From positions 32,001 through 96,000 of the forward strand of contig JBBQFN010000012.1 of NCBI GenBank assembly GCA_038321985.1: a stretch of 64,000 bases of DNA, in the 5' to 3' direction. The stretch comes from Cyanophyceae cyanobacterium (lineage in GTDB: Bacteria; Cyanobacteriota; Cyanobacteriia; Cyanobacteriales; Laspinemataceae). Under the pieces are notes generated by a model, which worked only from the letters and a program-made list of their open reading frames with translations, was not told the DNA's origin and did no database searches. The translations under genes and the position numbers were made by a program. This document shows, piece by piece, positions 11,186 through 21,401 of the stretch (position 1 is its first letter; the number at the start of each line of letters is the position of its first letter).

Positions 11186-11307
11186 TCTTAAAATAAATTC
11201 AGCTACTCTATCTGACTGCTCATAGAAGACATCGAAGCATAAAAGTCTGGAACGATAGCAAGCAGTTCAGTCCGCTTGCTATCTCCTTCAATCCCAAGAC
11301 TTTACTG

Positions 11308-12444
11308 CTATGGTGTTACTTCAATCTCGTACTCGGGGCTAATTGCATTTGCTTTTTCAGCTACTTTTTGTCTGACATTGAGAGGGAGCGGAACATAACC
11401 CAATTCGGGGGCTACCTTTTGACCTTCATTCAAGCCATACTCGATCGCCGCTGAGAGGGCTTGAGCTTTTTGGGGATCGGAATAGTCTTGATAAGCCAGC
11501 AGCCAAGTATAACTAACAATTGGATAAGATTCTGCGCCCTCGGGATCAGAGATGAACGCCCGTAAATTATCTGGGAGTTCTACTGCTGAAAGGGTTTTAC
11601 TTGCTGCCTCATCGCTGGGTACAACGAAGGTGCCTGCTTTATTTTCTAAAGCCGCCATGTTGATATTGTTGTTCTTAGCGTAGCCATACTCCACATACCC
11701 GATTGCACCGGCTGTTTGTTGGATAGAAGCGGTGACTCCTTCGTTACCTTTCGAGCCAATGCCCGTCGGCCACTCAACCGTGGTCCCTTCACCGACTTGT
11801 TCTTTCCACTTGGGACTAATCGCAGATAAATGTTTGGTGAAAACTCCAGTGGTACCACTTCCATCAGAACGATAAACCACAGAGATCGGCTGATCGGGTA
11901 GAGTTACACCTGGATTAGCTTCGATAATACGCGGGTCATTCCATTGGGTAATCTCACCCATCAGAATATCCACATACACTTCCCGAGAAAGCCGCAATCC
12001 TGTTTCCACTCCAGGTAAATTATAAGCCAAGACGATGCCACCTGCGGTCATGGGTAGCATCAGCACCTCCCGGTTCATGGTTTGGATTTCTTCATCCTTC
12101 ATAGCAACGTCGCTGGCACCAAAGTCTACGGTGCCTTCCATAAACTGCTTGATGCCAGCACCACTACCGACAGACTGATAATTGACCCGGACTTGGGAAT
12201 TTTTTTGATTAAATTCTTGAAACCACCGTTGGTAAATCGGCGCGGGGAAACTAGCTCCGGCACCTGTTAAGCTAACGGTTCCGGTTAAGGCGAGTTTGCC
12301 GGTATCAGCAGGGGCTACATTGCCCTCTGGTGCGGTGGCGTTGTCCGCAGTAGGTCCCTGGCAAGCCCCGACTCCAAAGGTCAGTGCAATAACAGACAGG
12401 GAGAAGGCCATTCGAGCGGGTTTGATGGGATTGGGTAAACGCAT
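11308..12444 (-). CDS. pstS: Phosphate ABC transporter substrate-binding lipoprotein
   Basis: Lipobox (GAC), GAGASFP, GSGAG, DFGASD, RSDGSGTT. Confidence 0.96.
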   Translation of the reverse strand: MRLPNPIKPARMAFSLSVIALTFGVGACQGPTADNATAPEGNVAPADTGKLALTGTVSLTGAGASFPAPIYQRWFQEFNQKNSQVRVNYQSVGSGAGIKQFMEGTVDFGASDVAMKDEEIQTMNREVLMLPMTAGGIVLAYNLPGVETGLRLSREVYVDILMGEITQWNDPRIIEANPGVTLPDQPISVVYRSDGSGTTGVFTKHLSAISPKWKEQVGEGTTVEWPTGIGSKGNEGVTASIQQTAGAIGYVEYGYAKNNNINMAALENKAGTFVVPSDEAASKTLSAVELPDNLRAFISDPEGAESYPIVSYTWLLAYQDYSDPQKAQALSAAIEYGLNEGQKVAPELGYVPLPLNVRQKVAEKANAISPEYEIEVTP

Positions 12445-12490
12445 GATGTGAATGGGTAAGTTTTGGGTTTTTTATGACTCTGACGATTGC

Positions 12491-12534
12491 AGAATACCGC
12501 TTTAGGGTAAAGATTGGGTTAATAGGTGTTAAAG
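12491..12534 (-). promoter_or_regulatory. Pho box (SphR/PhoB type) and -10 element upstream of pstS
   Basis: Minus strand CTTTAACA-cct-ATTAACCC-aat-CTTTACCC (11-bp period, resembles PyTTAAPyPy), followed by TATTCT. Confidence 0.65.
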
Positions 12535-12831
12535 TCTCTCCCTTAAAAATCTTCCCCTCGGGCTGGCAATTCTATCTTATTCCTCTGCCCACAGGGTTTT
12601 GAGGTGGAAAACGTAGCAAATTTGACAACAAATTGGGTAAATCAATGATTCAGGGGGCCATCCTGCTCTGATTCACGATAAAACCGCCGTCAGTCCCCGC
12701 ACCAAAACACCAGGGAGGGCTATCAGGTACTCACCTGTGAGGTACCCACAAGGGAAAAAAAGCGATCGCCCCTCTTTTCTCAACCTGTGCGATCGCCTCT
12801 ATTCATTTCCCCACTCTCCCCCTGGATTCCC

Positions 12832-13245
12832 TTATGCCGGAACTTCAGTGGCGATCGCTTCTATCAATTTGCTCACCCGTACTTTAATTTCATCCCGCAC
12901 CGCCCGAAATGTCTCCAAGGGTTTCCCATCAGGGTCTTCCAATTCCCAATCTTCAAACACTTCTCGCAATACCCAACCTTCGGGTAAATTCACCCCACAC
13001 CCACAGAGGGAAATCACTGCATTATAATCCTCTGGCTTAAAATCAATTAACGCATCGGAGGTTTGATGAGTAATATCAATACCCACTTCCTCCATCACCT
13101 CAACCGCAGTCGGATGGACTCGACTCGCTTCTAAACCGGAACTGGTCACCTCAATTTTTCCCTCACCCAAGGTTTTAGCAAATCCTTCTGCTATCTGCGA
13201 TCGGCAAGAATTCCGCTTGCAAACAAACATTACTTTTTGAGTCAT
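12832..13245 (-). CDS. arsC: Arsenate reductase (LMW-PTP fold, cyanobacterial type)
   Basis: CKRNSCRSQ P-loop, SLCGCG, EDPDG. Confidence 0.95.
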   Translation of the reverse strand: MTQKVMFVCKRNSCRSQIAEGFAKTLGEGKIEVTSSGLEASRVHPTAVEVMEEVGIDITHQTSDALIDFKPEDYNAVISLCGCGVNLPEGWVLREVFEDWELEDPDGKPLETFRAVRDEIKVRVSKLIEAIATEVPA

Positions 13246-13311
13246 GATTCCTCTGTCTTAATGGGGTAAAAATTATGGGAAAATTTAGAAAACCACTCTC
13301 GCCCCTAGGGT

Positions 13312-14463
13312 TTACTTGAAACTTGGAAAACAACGGGGGTCTTGTAAAGTTGCTTTATCAGGTTCTCGGGGAAACCAATTCGCTGTTTTCTTACAAACCT
13401 CTACCAGCATTAACATCACCGGCACTTCAATTAAAACCCCGACTACTGTTGCCAGTGCTGCACCAGAATTTAAACCAAATAGCATGACTGCGGTGGCGAT
13501 CGCTACTTCAAAATGATTGCTAGCCCCAATCAGAGCAGCCGGAGCCGCATCTTCATAAGCCAGATTCATTTTTAATCCGGCAACGTAGGTGATTAAAAAA
13601 ATAAAGTTCGTCTGAAGAAACAAGGGCACAGCAATTAACAGAATATGCAAGGGATTTCTAACAATTAAATCTCCTTTAAACGAAAACAGCAGTACCAAAG
13701 TGATCAGCAAGGCTGTAATCGAAACCGGAGTTAGATATTTCAAAAACTTCCGTTCAAACCACTGACGGCCTTTATTTTTAAATATCCAGTAACGGCTGTA
13801 AGTCCCGGCAGCGAGAGGCAATCCGACATAAATCAGCACCGATAAAACAATCGTTTGCCAGGGCACTGTTAAATCATTGGCAGCCAGTAACCATCTGCCC
13901 AAGGGAGCATACAAAAATAGCATTGCCAGAGAGTTAATTGCCACCATGACCAGGGTATGCCCCTGATTACTAAAAGAAAGATATCCCCACATCAGCACCA
14001 TCGCTGTACAGGGGGCAATTCCTAATAAAATGGTTCCCGCGATGTATGAATTAGCAATGTCAATCGTCTCGTTGTTGATTATCTCCGTACCCACAATCAA
14101 GGGACGAAATAACCACCCTAAGAAAAATTGAGAAAAAGCGACCATTGTGAAGGGTTTAATTAACCAATTCACAATTAAGGTGAGCAAAACGGGTTTCGGC
14201 GCTCTAACTACATTGGCTGCCTGAGTAAAATCGATTTTCACCATGATCGGGTACATCATGAAAAACAGGCAGATGGCGATCGGAATTGATACCTGATAGA
14301 AGCTCATGGCATCTAGGGCAACCGCTACCCCTGGAAACAGTTTACCCAGGAGGATGCCTCCTAGGATGCACAAAAAAACCCACAGGGTCAGGTATCGCTC
14401 AAAAACACTAAGTTTCCCACCAGCTTGTACGGGTTGCTTCAAATCCGTGTTTGGCTCATTCAC
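13312..14463 (-). CDS. acr3: ACR3-family arsenite efflux transporter
   Basis: [41 protein letters not shown]. Confidence 0.95.
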   Translation of the reverse strand: MNEPNTDLKQPVQAGGKLSVFERYLTLWVFLCILGGILLGKLFPGVAVALDAMSFYQVSIPIAICLFFMMYPIMVKIDFTQAANVVRAPKPVLLTLIVNWLIKPFTMVAFSQFFLGWLFRPLIVGTEIINNETIDIANSYIAGTILLGIAPCTAMVLMWGYLSFSNQGHTLVMVAINSLAMLFLYAPLGRWLLAANDLTVPWQTIVLSVLIYVGLPLAAGTYSRYWIFKNKGRQWFERKFLKYLTPVSITALLITLVLLFSFKGDLIVRNPLHILLIAVPLFLQTNFIFLITYVAGLKMNLAYEDAAPAALIGASNHFEVAIATAVMLFGLNSGAALATVVGVLIEVPVMLMLVEVCKKTANWFPREPDKATLQDPRCFPSFK

Positions 14464-14506
14464 GAAACTTTGCCTCTTTCCTACTCTCTATCGCCTTGGA
14501 TTATAT

Positions 14507-14551
14507 ATCAATAAAAGTTGATGAGTCAATCCCATTTCAAGAAAACTTGAT
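14507..14551. promoter_or_regulatory. Tandem ArsR-type operators upstream of acr3
   Basis: ATCAA-taaaag-TTGAT (14507-14522) and TTCAA-gaaaac-TTGAT (14536-14551), matching the cyanobacterial ATCAA(N6)TTGAT palindrome. Confidence 0.8.
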
Positions 14552-14583
14552 ATAAAGGATTCAGAGTATTGAAATGGCTTAGC

Positions 14584-15612
14584 CTAAAACTTAGCTTGTT
14601 TGGTAAGCAATTCGCCGATGGTTAAATCAAAGGCAGCTTTGCCGTCAAAAACTGTGCCCACCTTGTGTCGATGAAAATGGATGTAGGCCAAACGGTAGCC
14701 TTCTTCCGGTAGAGGGATGTAACCCACATTGGAAACCAGTTCTGGGGCTTTCTCTAGGTAAAATTCGACAAAAGCCTGAAGTGCAGGATTCTTCTGGGCG
14801 GCGTCGGCATTGACATAAATAAACAGGGGACGGGAAAGGGGCTGATATTGGGCGCTTTCCACGGTTTCCCGAGAAGGCATCATGGGACCATTTCCATTAT
14901 CCAGAGCGACTGCCTTGAGTCCTTCCCGGTGTGCTTCATAGTAGGCATAGCCAAAATAACCGAGGGCATTGGGGTCTCGACGCACTCCCTCCACCAGCAC
15001 ATCATCATCCTCACTGGCGGTATAGTCATTCCGACTGGCATCGGATTCCCCCATAATCGCCTCAGTAAAATAGTCAAAGGTCCCGGAGTCGCTGCCTGGA
15101 CCGAATAAGGTCAAGGGGCGACTGGGCCAAGAGGACCGCACTTGATTCCATTTGGAAATTTTACCTTGGGCCGTGGGTTCCCAAATTTTCTTTAACTCTT
15201 CCACCGTGAGGCGATCGACCCAGGTATTGTCCGGGTGAACGACTAAGGTAATGGCATCAAAGGCGATCGGTAACTCGATATAGGGAACACCGGATTCTCG
15301 ACAGGCGGCCATCTCCGCTAAGTTAATCGGTCTAGAAGCGTTATTAACGGTCGTTTCTCCGGCACAGAATTTGCGAAACCCACCCCCGGTCCCAGAGAAT
15401 TCCACGGTCACTTCTGCGGGATTGGGATGGGTTTCTCGATAGGATTCGGCGATCGCCTGGGTAATCGGATAAACCGTAGAAGACCCATCCATGATTATGG
15501 GTTGTAAGACTTGTGAATTGCTGTTTTGGCAGGAGGTCATTAGGGCCGCTACTCCGGCGATCGCTGCCCACCTTTTCACTCCCATCAAAAACTGCTGTGC
15601 TGTTGCGTTCAT
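14584..15612 (-). CDS. pstS: Second PstS-family (SphX-like) phosphate-binding lipoprotein
   Basis: Lipobox (TSC), DGSSTVYP, SGTGGGF, SGTFDYF, YQPLSRPLFIY; start placed at MNATAQQ. Confidence 0.9.
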   Translation of the reverse strand: MNATAQQFLMGVKRWAAIAGVAALMTSCQNSNSQVLQPIIMDGSSTVYPITQAIAESYRETHPNPAEVTVEFSGTGGGFRKFCAGETTVNNASRPINLAEMAACRESGVPYIELPIAFDAITLVVHPDNTWVDRLTVEELKKIWEPTAQGKISKWNQVRSSWPSRPLTLFGPGSDSGTFDYFTEAIMGESDASRNDYTASEDDDVLVEGVRRDPNALGYFGYAYYEAHREGLKAVALDNGNGPMMPSRETVESAQYQPLSRPLFIYVNADAAQKNPALQAFVEFYLEKAPELVSNVGYIPLPEEGYRLAYIHFHRHKVGTVFDGKAAFDLTIGELLTKQAKF

Positions 15613-15655
15613 AGCCCTTTCCCCAAAAAACAATTGCGGGGTATAGGGTAAATAT

Positions 15656-15695
15656 ATCAATAAAACTTGATTTGTTAGGTTAAATTTTAGTAAAG
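15656..15695 (-). promoter_or_regulatory. ArsR-type operator next to a Pho-box pair upstream of the second pstS
   Basis: ATCAA-taaaac-TTGAT at 15656-15671; minus-strand CTTTACTA-aaa-TTTAACCT at 15695-15677. Confidence 0.65.
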
Positions 15696-15702
15696 GAGAA
15701 AT

Positions 15703-16032
15703 TCAGGAGCCTCCATTACAGGACCGAGCCGGGAGAATCGGACTAAAACGGCGGTACTCAGCAAGGTATTGTTCGAGGAAGGCAAACTGAGGGATATTCA
15801 GACTGTAGTAGATCCAACGACCTTCTTGGCGTGCACGAACCAGGGCAGCTTCTTTAAGAGTTTTAAGGTGGAAAGAGAGCTTAGACTGGCTCACGTCCAG
15901 AATTTCGCACAGTTCGCACACACATAACTCGCGATCGCGCAGCAACTCCAAGATCGAAATCCGCAACGGGTCAGAAAATGCATGAAAACCCGCCGCAATC
16001 TCTGCCGGTGCATTCTCAGTGGTATTAACCAT
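15703..16032 (-). CDS. arsR: ArsR/SmtB-family repressor
   Basis: ELCVCEL metalloid site, SQSKLSFHLK HTH; an operator-like site at 16031-16046 overlaps its start. Confidence 0.93.
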   Translation of the reverse strand: MVNTTENAPAEIAAGFHAFSDPLRISILELLRDRELCVCELCEILDVSQSKLSFHLKTLKEAALVRARQEGRWIYYSLNIPQFAFLEQYLAEYRRFSPILPARSCNGGS

Positions 16033-16157
16033 CAACTTTTCCTGAAATATCTAGGCCCGATTTTAGCATGGGAGATGACGGGGATGTTAGAGGTGGCGCA
16101 TTAACAGCAGTCTAGCAACATCTTGCACCCGTTCACTTCTAAGAATTACAAGCAAAC

Positions 16158-16847
16158 TCAAGCCTTCAATCTGGCAACCATTTCTGCACGGGCAGAAACG
16201 TCTAACTTCTGAAACATCCGCTTGAGAACTTGTTTGACAGCATCACGGCTAATATTCAACTTCAAAGCAATTTCTCGATTACTCAATCCTTGAGCAACTA
16301 ATTCCGCAACGTCAACTTCTCGTGGTGTTAGACAATTGATTAAAGAAGGAGTGATCGCAAAACGTAAAGTTGCAAAACGAACGGATAAGTATTGGCATAG
16401 AGAACCCACATGAATCAGATCGCGATCGTTAAAGCTGGGAAACTCCTTCCCACGCAAAAAATAGATTCCACCGATCAAGCGACTAACACCAATGAGGGGT
16501 GCAACCATGCCATGTTCAAGCCCGTAGTTGCGAAATACATCCTGGTAAAGTGCGCTCTGATGCCAAACTTTTAAAGACTGAACCGATAGATGATGAACTG
16601 GAATTTGCTGCTGAATCATGCGTTGGCTTACTAGATCTTCACTTTGTCCAACTTCTTGATAGCGATCGCGAAAGGTATCCGGCACTCCCCGAAGATCTGA
16701 CTCCACCACTCGAAGACGACTATCCAGCAAATCGAATCCCCAAGCCGTAGCTCCCACCAGTTCGCCAGCATAGTCCATGAAGCAAGAGCGCAACTGTACT
16801 TCATTGGATACCCGGGTGATTTTTTCAATCAGAGGAGCAAATTTCAT
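16158..16847 (-). CDS. LuxR-family regulator with N-terminal GAF-like domain
   Basis: C-terminal LTPREVDVAELVAQGLSNREIA..LKRMFQKLDVSARAEMV HTH. Confidence 0.88.
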   Translation of the reverse strand: MKFAPLIEKITRVSNEVQLRSCFMDYAGELVGATAWGFDLLDSRLRVVESDLRGVPDTFRDRYQEVGQSEDLVSQRMIQQQIPVHHLSVQSLKVWHQSALYQDVFRNYGLEHGMVAPLIGVSRLIGGIYFLRGKEFPSFNDRDLIHVGSLCQYLSVRFATLRFAITPSLINCLTPREVDVAELVAQGLSNREIALKLNISRDAVKQVLKRMFQKLDVSARAEMVARLKA

Positions 16848-16927
16848 AAACTTGTACCCAGTTGGGGACTTGATTCGTTGATTATAAGTTTTTATTCTAT
16901 AAAACTGATCCCCAATTCAGGTCTGTT

Positions 16928-17431
16928 ATGCCTATTCCTATTTCAACTTTGTTTGTTGGACTCAATGGTTTGATTGCGCTTGCTTTGTCTTACCTAGTCG
17001 CTATGGAGCGCACCCGAACTCGTATTTGGCATGGAGAAACGGAGAAAGACATTATTAATCAACCCAATTACCTTGAACACCCGAATCCCTGGGCAGCTTT
17101 TGTCGAAAGCTATACTCAGAAATCTGGGATTACAAAAACTGCCCATGATGGCGTTCTTCAGCGTAAAGTACGGGCTTATGGCAATTTTACAGAATATGTC
17201 CCCTTGGGGCTGTTGTTTGTCATCGCATTAGAGTTGATGAATTCGTCGTCTTGGATACTCTGGTTGCTTGGCAGTATGCTCACGATAGGACGAGTTGCTC
17301 ATGGGTGGGGGCTGATTATCACCTATGGTCCCTCACCGGGTCGCGCAGTTGGTTTTTTCCTAACTTGGTTCGTTTACATTGCGGGTGCTAATGCCTGTAT
17401 ATATTGTGGTATTGTAGGACTTCTCTCGTAA
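16928..17431 (+). CDS. MAPEG-family membrane protein
   Basis: RAYGNFTEYVP and GRVAHGWG motifs, TM helices. Confidence 0.85.
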   Translation: MPIPISTLFVGLNGLIALALSYLVAMERTRTRIWHGETEKDIINQPNYLEHPNPWAAFVESYTQKSGITKTAHDGVLQRKVRAYGNFTEYVPLGLLFVIALELMNSSSWILWLLGSMLTIGRVAHGWGLIITYGPSPGRAVGFFLTWFVYIAGANACIYCGIVGLLS

Positions 17432-17440
17432 TTACTAGCC

Positions 17441-17526
17441 GCCCAAGAGGTCATGGCAGCGGACGCTCAAGAGCCACTTATGGGGTTGTCGAACCTATCT
17501 GCTGCCGCTCACTTTTGCCGTTGGAC
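17441..17526 (+). mobile_element. Degenerate integron attC-like recombination site (solitary)
   Basis: R'' GCCCAAG, 5 bp, L'' ATGGCAGC ... L' GCTCACT, 6 bp, R' GTTGGAC; 86 bp; starts 10 bp after the MAPEG stop. Confidence 0.65.
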
Positions 17527-17556
17527 AAGGGACTCGAAGCCCCCATCTCCTCACGC

Positions 17557-18399
17557 TTACTTTTGTTTCGCCAAAAGCACTTTAATGCGTTGCCAAACTT
17601 CTTCTAATTCTTCAACACTATATTCTGAAAGAGGTCGATCGCAAGCCTCTTCTAATTTAGAAAATCTCTGGACAAATCGATGATTCGTCTCTAATAACCC
17701 CTCTGATGGGTCTAAATCATACCATCGGGCGAGGTTAATCACCACGAATAATAAATCCCCTAATTCCGCTTGCTGTCGCGCTTTATCTTCATGGGCGATC
17801 GCATAGCGAAATTCCCCTAATTCTTCCTCAAACTTTTCCCAAACTCCCTCTATATTATCCCATTCAAACCCCACACCTGCGGCTTTTTCTGAAATCTTCA
17901 TTCCTGCCATTAAAGGAGGTAAAGTCCGGGCATATCGGCTGAGTTTATCACTCAGGGGTTTAATTTCTCGCCCCGTTTCCCCTTTTTCTTCGGCTTTGAT
18001 TTGCTCCCAGTTGGTCCGGACTTCCTCAACGCTGCTCACTTGCACATCCCCAAAAACATGAGGATGACGGCGAATCAATTTTTCAGCAATACCATCGGCT
18101 ACTTCGGTGAGGCCAAACTGGTTGACTTCGCTGGCAATTTGAGATTGTAATACGACTTGTAATAATAAATCCCCAAGTTCTTCAGCAATGGCTTTTTTAT
18201 CACCCCTTTTAATGGCATCTACAACTTCGTAGGCTTCTTCGATAATATAGGGGATTAAACTTTCGGGGGTTTGGGCTAAATCCCAGGGACATCCCCCGTC
18301 AGGCGATCGTAACTGTGCTACTACCTCGATTAACTTTTGTAAGGCTGGCAAGGCAGAGGGACTAGAGACCGTGGGTTTAGGTTTTTCAGGAGTTGACAT
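17557..18399 (-). CDS. mazG: Nucleoside triphosphate pyrophosphohydrolase
   Basis: LRSPDGGCPWD, EELGDLLLQV, KLIRRHPHVF, tandem MazG domains. Confidence 0.95.
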   Translation of the reverse strand: MSTPEKPKPTVSSPSALPALQKLIEVVAQLRSPDGGCPWDLAQTPESLIPYIIEEAYEVVDAIKRGDKKAIAEELGDLLLQVVLQSQIASEVNQFGLTEVADGIAEKLIRRHPHVFGDVQVSSVEEVRTNWEQIKAEEKGETGREIKPLSDKLSRYARTLPPLMAGMKISEKAAGVGFEWDNIEGVWEKFEEELGEFRYAIAHEDKARQQAELGDLLFVVINLARWYDLDPSEGLLETNHRFVQRFSKLEEACDRPLSEYSVEELEEVWQRIKVLLAKQK

Positions 18400-18566
18400 T
18401 TCAGGTAATACAGAGGTTACTTCCAAGAAATTACTGATAATATACACCAGTGAAACGGGGGGCAATAACTTGCCATTTTTCAACAGGTGTTGAGGGGAAA
18501 TTCTTCAGAATCAGGTAAAAAATCTATAGGCCCTTGTAGATTTTAAACTATAAAAAGCCATAAAAA

Positions 18567-19187
18567 TTAAGATTTGCGCTTGGTGGGGGCGGGTTGCGGG
18601 CGAGTATTGTGGGAGGAGCGACGCTTAATCCGTTTGGCTGGAGTATGGCGTTTTTGGGGGGGATTGAAAATAGCAAACCATCCGTATTTTTTAAACCGTT
18701 TGTAGGCTGATCCGAGCCAATCACTGAGAGAATGACTCATGGCACCAAGTTCTAACCCTAAGAATAGGGCAACTCCTTCCATTGAGTGCTGTTTGAGGGT
18801 CCGGGCGATCGCCTCCGCTGCTCGGGGTGGATTCCAGATTAAGAGTCCGGTATATTGTCCGACTATGACTACCCCAAAGGCGATCGCCCCGATCCAAATA
18901 CCTAAATAAAGGATCCGCAGCGCCGTCCCGACTAAGGGACCATGAGACAAAAACGAGCGATGATGTAAACTCTGTTGATAAGGCAGCCAGATCCACCGCA
19001 ACCATCCCCACCGCTGGAACTGATGAGAGTAGATATCCAGATCCGGACCAAACATCAGTCCACTGAACAAAAACCCACCGGCGACAATTAGAGTTAGAGT
19101 GCTGCTGCGGGTTTGTGCATAGGTGCCACCTGCCACCCACGGCAAGCTCCACAAAGTAATTCCGTCATGAGTTCGACCAGATGGCAT
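18567..19187 (-). CDS. Metal-binding membrane protein (DUF2227-like)
   Basis: MPSGRTHD, GPDLD, HRSFLSHG, HSLSD. Confidence 0.8.
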   Translation of the reverse strand: MPSGRTHDGITLWSLPWVAGGTYAQTRSSTLTLIVAGGFLFSGLMFGPDLDIYSHQFQRWGWLRWIWLPYQQSLHHRSFLSHGPLVGTALRILYLGIWIGAIAFGVVIVGQYTGLLIWNPPRAAEAIARTLKQHSMEGVALFLGLELGAMSHSLSDWLGSAYKRFKKYGWFAIFNPPQKRHTPAKRIKRRSSHNTRPQPAPTKRKS

Positions 19188-19232
19188 GAAATTTCCAAAA
19201 AATGTGTTATGATAGGATTCGTCAGGAAAAAA

Positions 19233-19304
19233 GGGCGTTTAGCTCAGTGGTAGAGCGCCTGCCTTACAAGCAGGACGTCACTGGTTCGAATCCAGTATCG
19301 CCCA
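19233..19304 (+). tRNA. tRNA-Val(UAC)
   Basis: Cloverleaf GGGCGTT...ATCGCCCA, anticodon arm CCTGC-CTTACAA-GCAGG, T-loop GGTTCGAATCC. Confidence 0.97.
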
Positions 19305-19412
19305 TTCATTGTTAGACTTTATCGGACCATGCGCAACCCCAGGGGTGATCATTGGCTGGTGCAGACATTAGCCTTGTGATAAACTCGCGATGGATAAGTT
19401 TTGGGATTGCCC

Positions 19413-20144
19413 ATGACCTACTGCCTCAGAATTGCAGATTTACCAACAAATGAACGTCCCCGAGAGCGATTGATCGCTTATGGACCTAAAAGTCTTGCTA
19501 CCGCAGAACTTATTGCCATGCTTCTGGGTACCGGACAAGGACCGGGAAAATTGTCCGCAGTGGGACTCGGCCAGTACATTTTGCAGAAACTGGGAGAAAA
19601 TCAGCGGGACCCCCTGGAAGTTTTGCGAGAGATGTCCCCCCAGGAATTGATGGAAATTCCCGGCGTGGGACCGGCAAAGGCCACCACAATTTTAGCGGCG
19701 ATCGAATTAGGCAAGCGGACCTTTTATTCCAGGCCCCCAGAACGTAAAGAAATTGATAGTCCCGAGGCAGCAGCAGCGGCCCTGTCTCACGAACTGATGT
19801 GGCAAGCTCAGGAACGTTTTGCTTTGGTGCTGTTGGATGTTAAAAATCGCCTGATTGGGACAAAACTGCTCACCATTGGCACCGCAACGGAAACCCTTGC
19901 CCATCCCCGAGAGATTTTTCGAGAAGTTTTGCGACATGGTGCCACCCGCGCGATTATTTCCCATAATCACCCCTCGGGTAGTTTAGAACCCAGTCCGGAA
20001 GACATTCAATTGACCCGCCAGTTATTGCAAGCGGGTCAGTTTTTGCAAATTCCATTACTGGATCATTTGATTTTAGGGAATGGAGACTTCCAGAGTTTGC
20101 GCCAAATCTCCGGGTTATGGGAGGAATATCCCCAAGGGGAGTAG
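19413..20144 (+). CDS. radC: RadC/UPF0758 JAB-domain protein
   Basis: RPRERL, HPREIF, HNHPSG..PSPED, LLDHLI. Confidence 0.95.
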   Translation: MTYCLRIADLPTNERPRERLIAYGPKSLATAELIAMLLGTGQGPGKLSAVGLGQYILQKLGENQRDPLEVLREMSPQELMEIPGVGPAKATTILAAIELGKRTFYSRPPERKEIDSPEAAAAALSHELMWQAQERFALVLLDVKNRLIGTKLLTIGTATETLAHPREIFREVLRHGATRAIISHNHPSGSLEPSPEDIQLTRQLLQAGQFLQIPLLDHLILGNGDFQSLRQISGLWEEYPQGE

Positions 20145-20224
20145 GGTTGGGGAAGATAGGAAAAATTTTTTCAAAAAAAGGCTTGTGGATTTTGGGCAAG
20201 CTGTGCTATTGTAATAAATCGTGC

Positions 20225-20296
<72 letters not shown>

Positions 20297-20970
20297 TTGA
20301 TTAATTTTTTTTAGGTGATTTTCTCGGGGGCAAATTGTCACCGGGATTTTTTGCATTGGGTTAACACTCGGTATTGAATGGATGGCAGGGTGATTTGGGA
20401 GGTGGCGATCGCCCAGTCTCCAGTTCAAGGTTAGCTTGAAGATGCTTTGGGGTCTCAAATTATGTTACCTGCCTCGAAATACTGCACTATTTTTAGAACA
20501 TTTAAAAAACTAGAGTCAAGAATAGCAAATCATAAAATTTGCTTAGAGTCGGGGATATAGAGTCGTAAACTCAGCTTTGAAAAACACATAGAACATCATA
20601 AACTAAATGGATTGGGGGCAGAAAAATAAGGTTAGGTTGTAGCAATTGCAGAAAAAAATCTCTCTAGTAAATCCCTGGGCTACTGAACCGCTGCAATAGT
20701 CGCTACTCTCGGGTTTATTCTCTGCTGAGTCCATTAATTAACTGCCAGGGGTACTTATTTTTCCTCTGTATAGTAACGGCTCAAATGAGGGGTGAAACCC
20801 TGCATTAACGGTCCCAAATGATTAAGGGATAATTAATTTCATTCGGTAGATAGATATTTTATGGAGGTTGATTGTCACAGTTTAGGAGTGAGTAGACTAC
20901 AATCAAACCATGACCAGCACCAAACATTTCCCCGTATCCACTTAAACTTTACGATTAAGGTTGCTCGCTC

Positions 20971-21225
20971 ATGTACGCTGCACCACAATTACAAGACGAT
21001 AGCGCGATCGCATCCCCGCAGTTGCTCGACCCGACTTTGCTCAAAGCCGCGAGGCTTCTTTATCGTGCTTACAAAGAAGTTCATCCCGATGGGATTCAGC
21101 GTCCTCTTGGGGTAGCCATCGATCGCTTTACTCATCGAGGTCAGCTCATTTTTACCAAAAAGCCAGCTTTATTGCTGACGGAATCTTTTGTGCCGTTCGA
21201 TCAGCTTGAAGCCGGACTCTATTAG
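20971..21225 (+). CDS. Small hypothetical protein, probably conserved in cyanobacteria
   Basis: Protein-like 84-aa ORF (AAR.LY..Y...H....RPLGVAI...RGQLIF..P.LL..E.FVP). Confidence 0.65.
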   Translation: MYAAPQLQDDSAIASPQLLDPTLLKAARLLYRAYKEVHPDGIQRPLGVAIDRFTHRGQLIFTKKPALLLTESFVPFDQLEAGLY

Positions 21226-21401
21226 AGAAGATGGGCTATTATTATGACCGGACAGTCTAAAGTTCGGATTTTTATTGTATTCTAATGATTACCTATTGTT
21301 AATAAGTAATAATTAAGCCTGGAGTTTGAATAAAAAAACAACGGATGTATCGTTTTTCTAAAATCTCAATGCTCAACTCCACTCTTTAAAATCGGGTCAT
21401 C

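Noticed and set aside
17557..18399. MazG-type defence gene
   Set aside because: Full-length tandem-domain housekeeping MazG in a core-gene context
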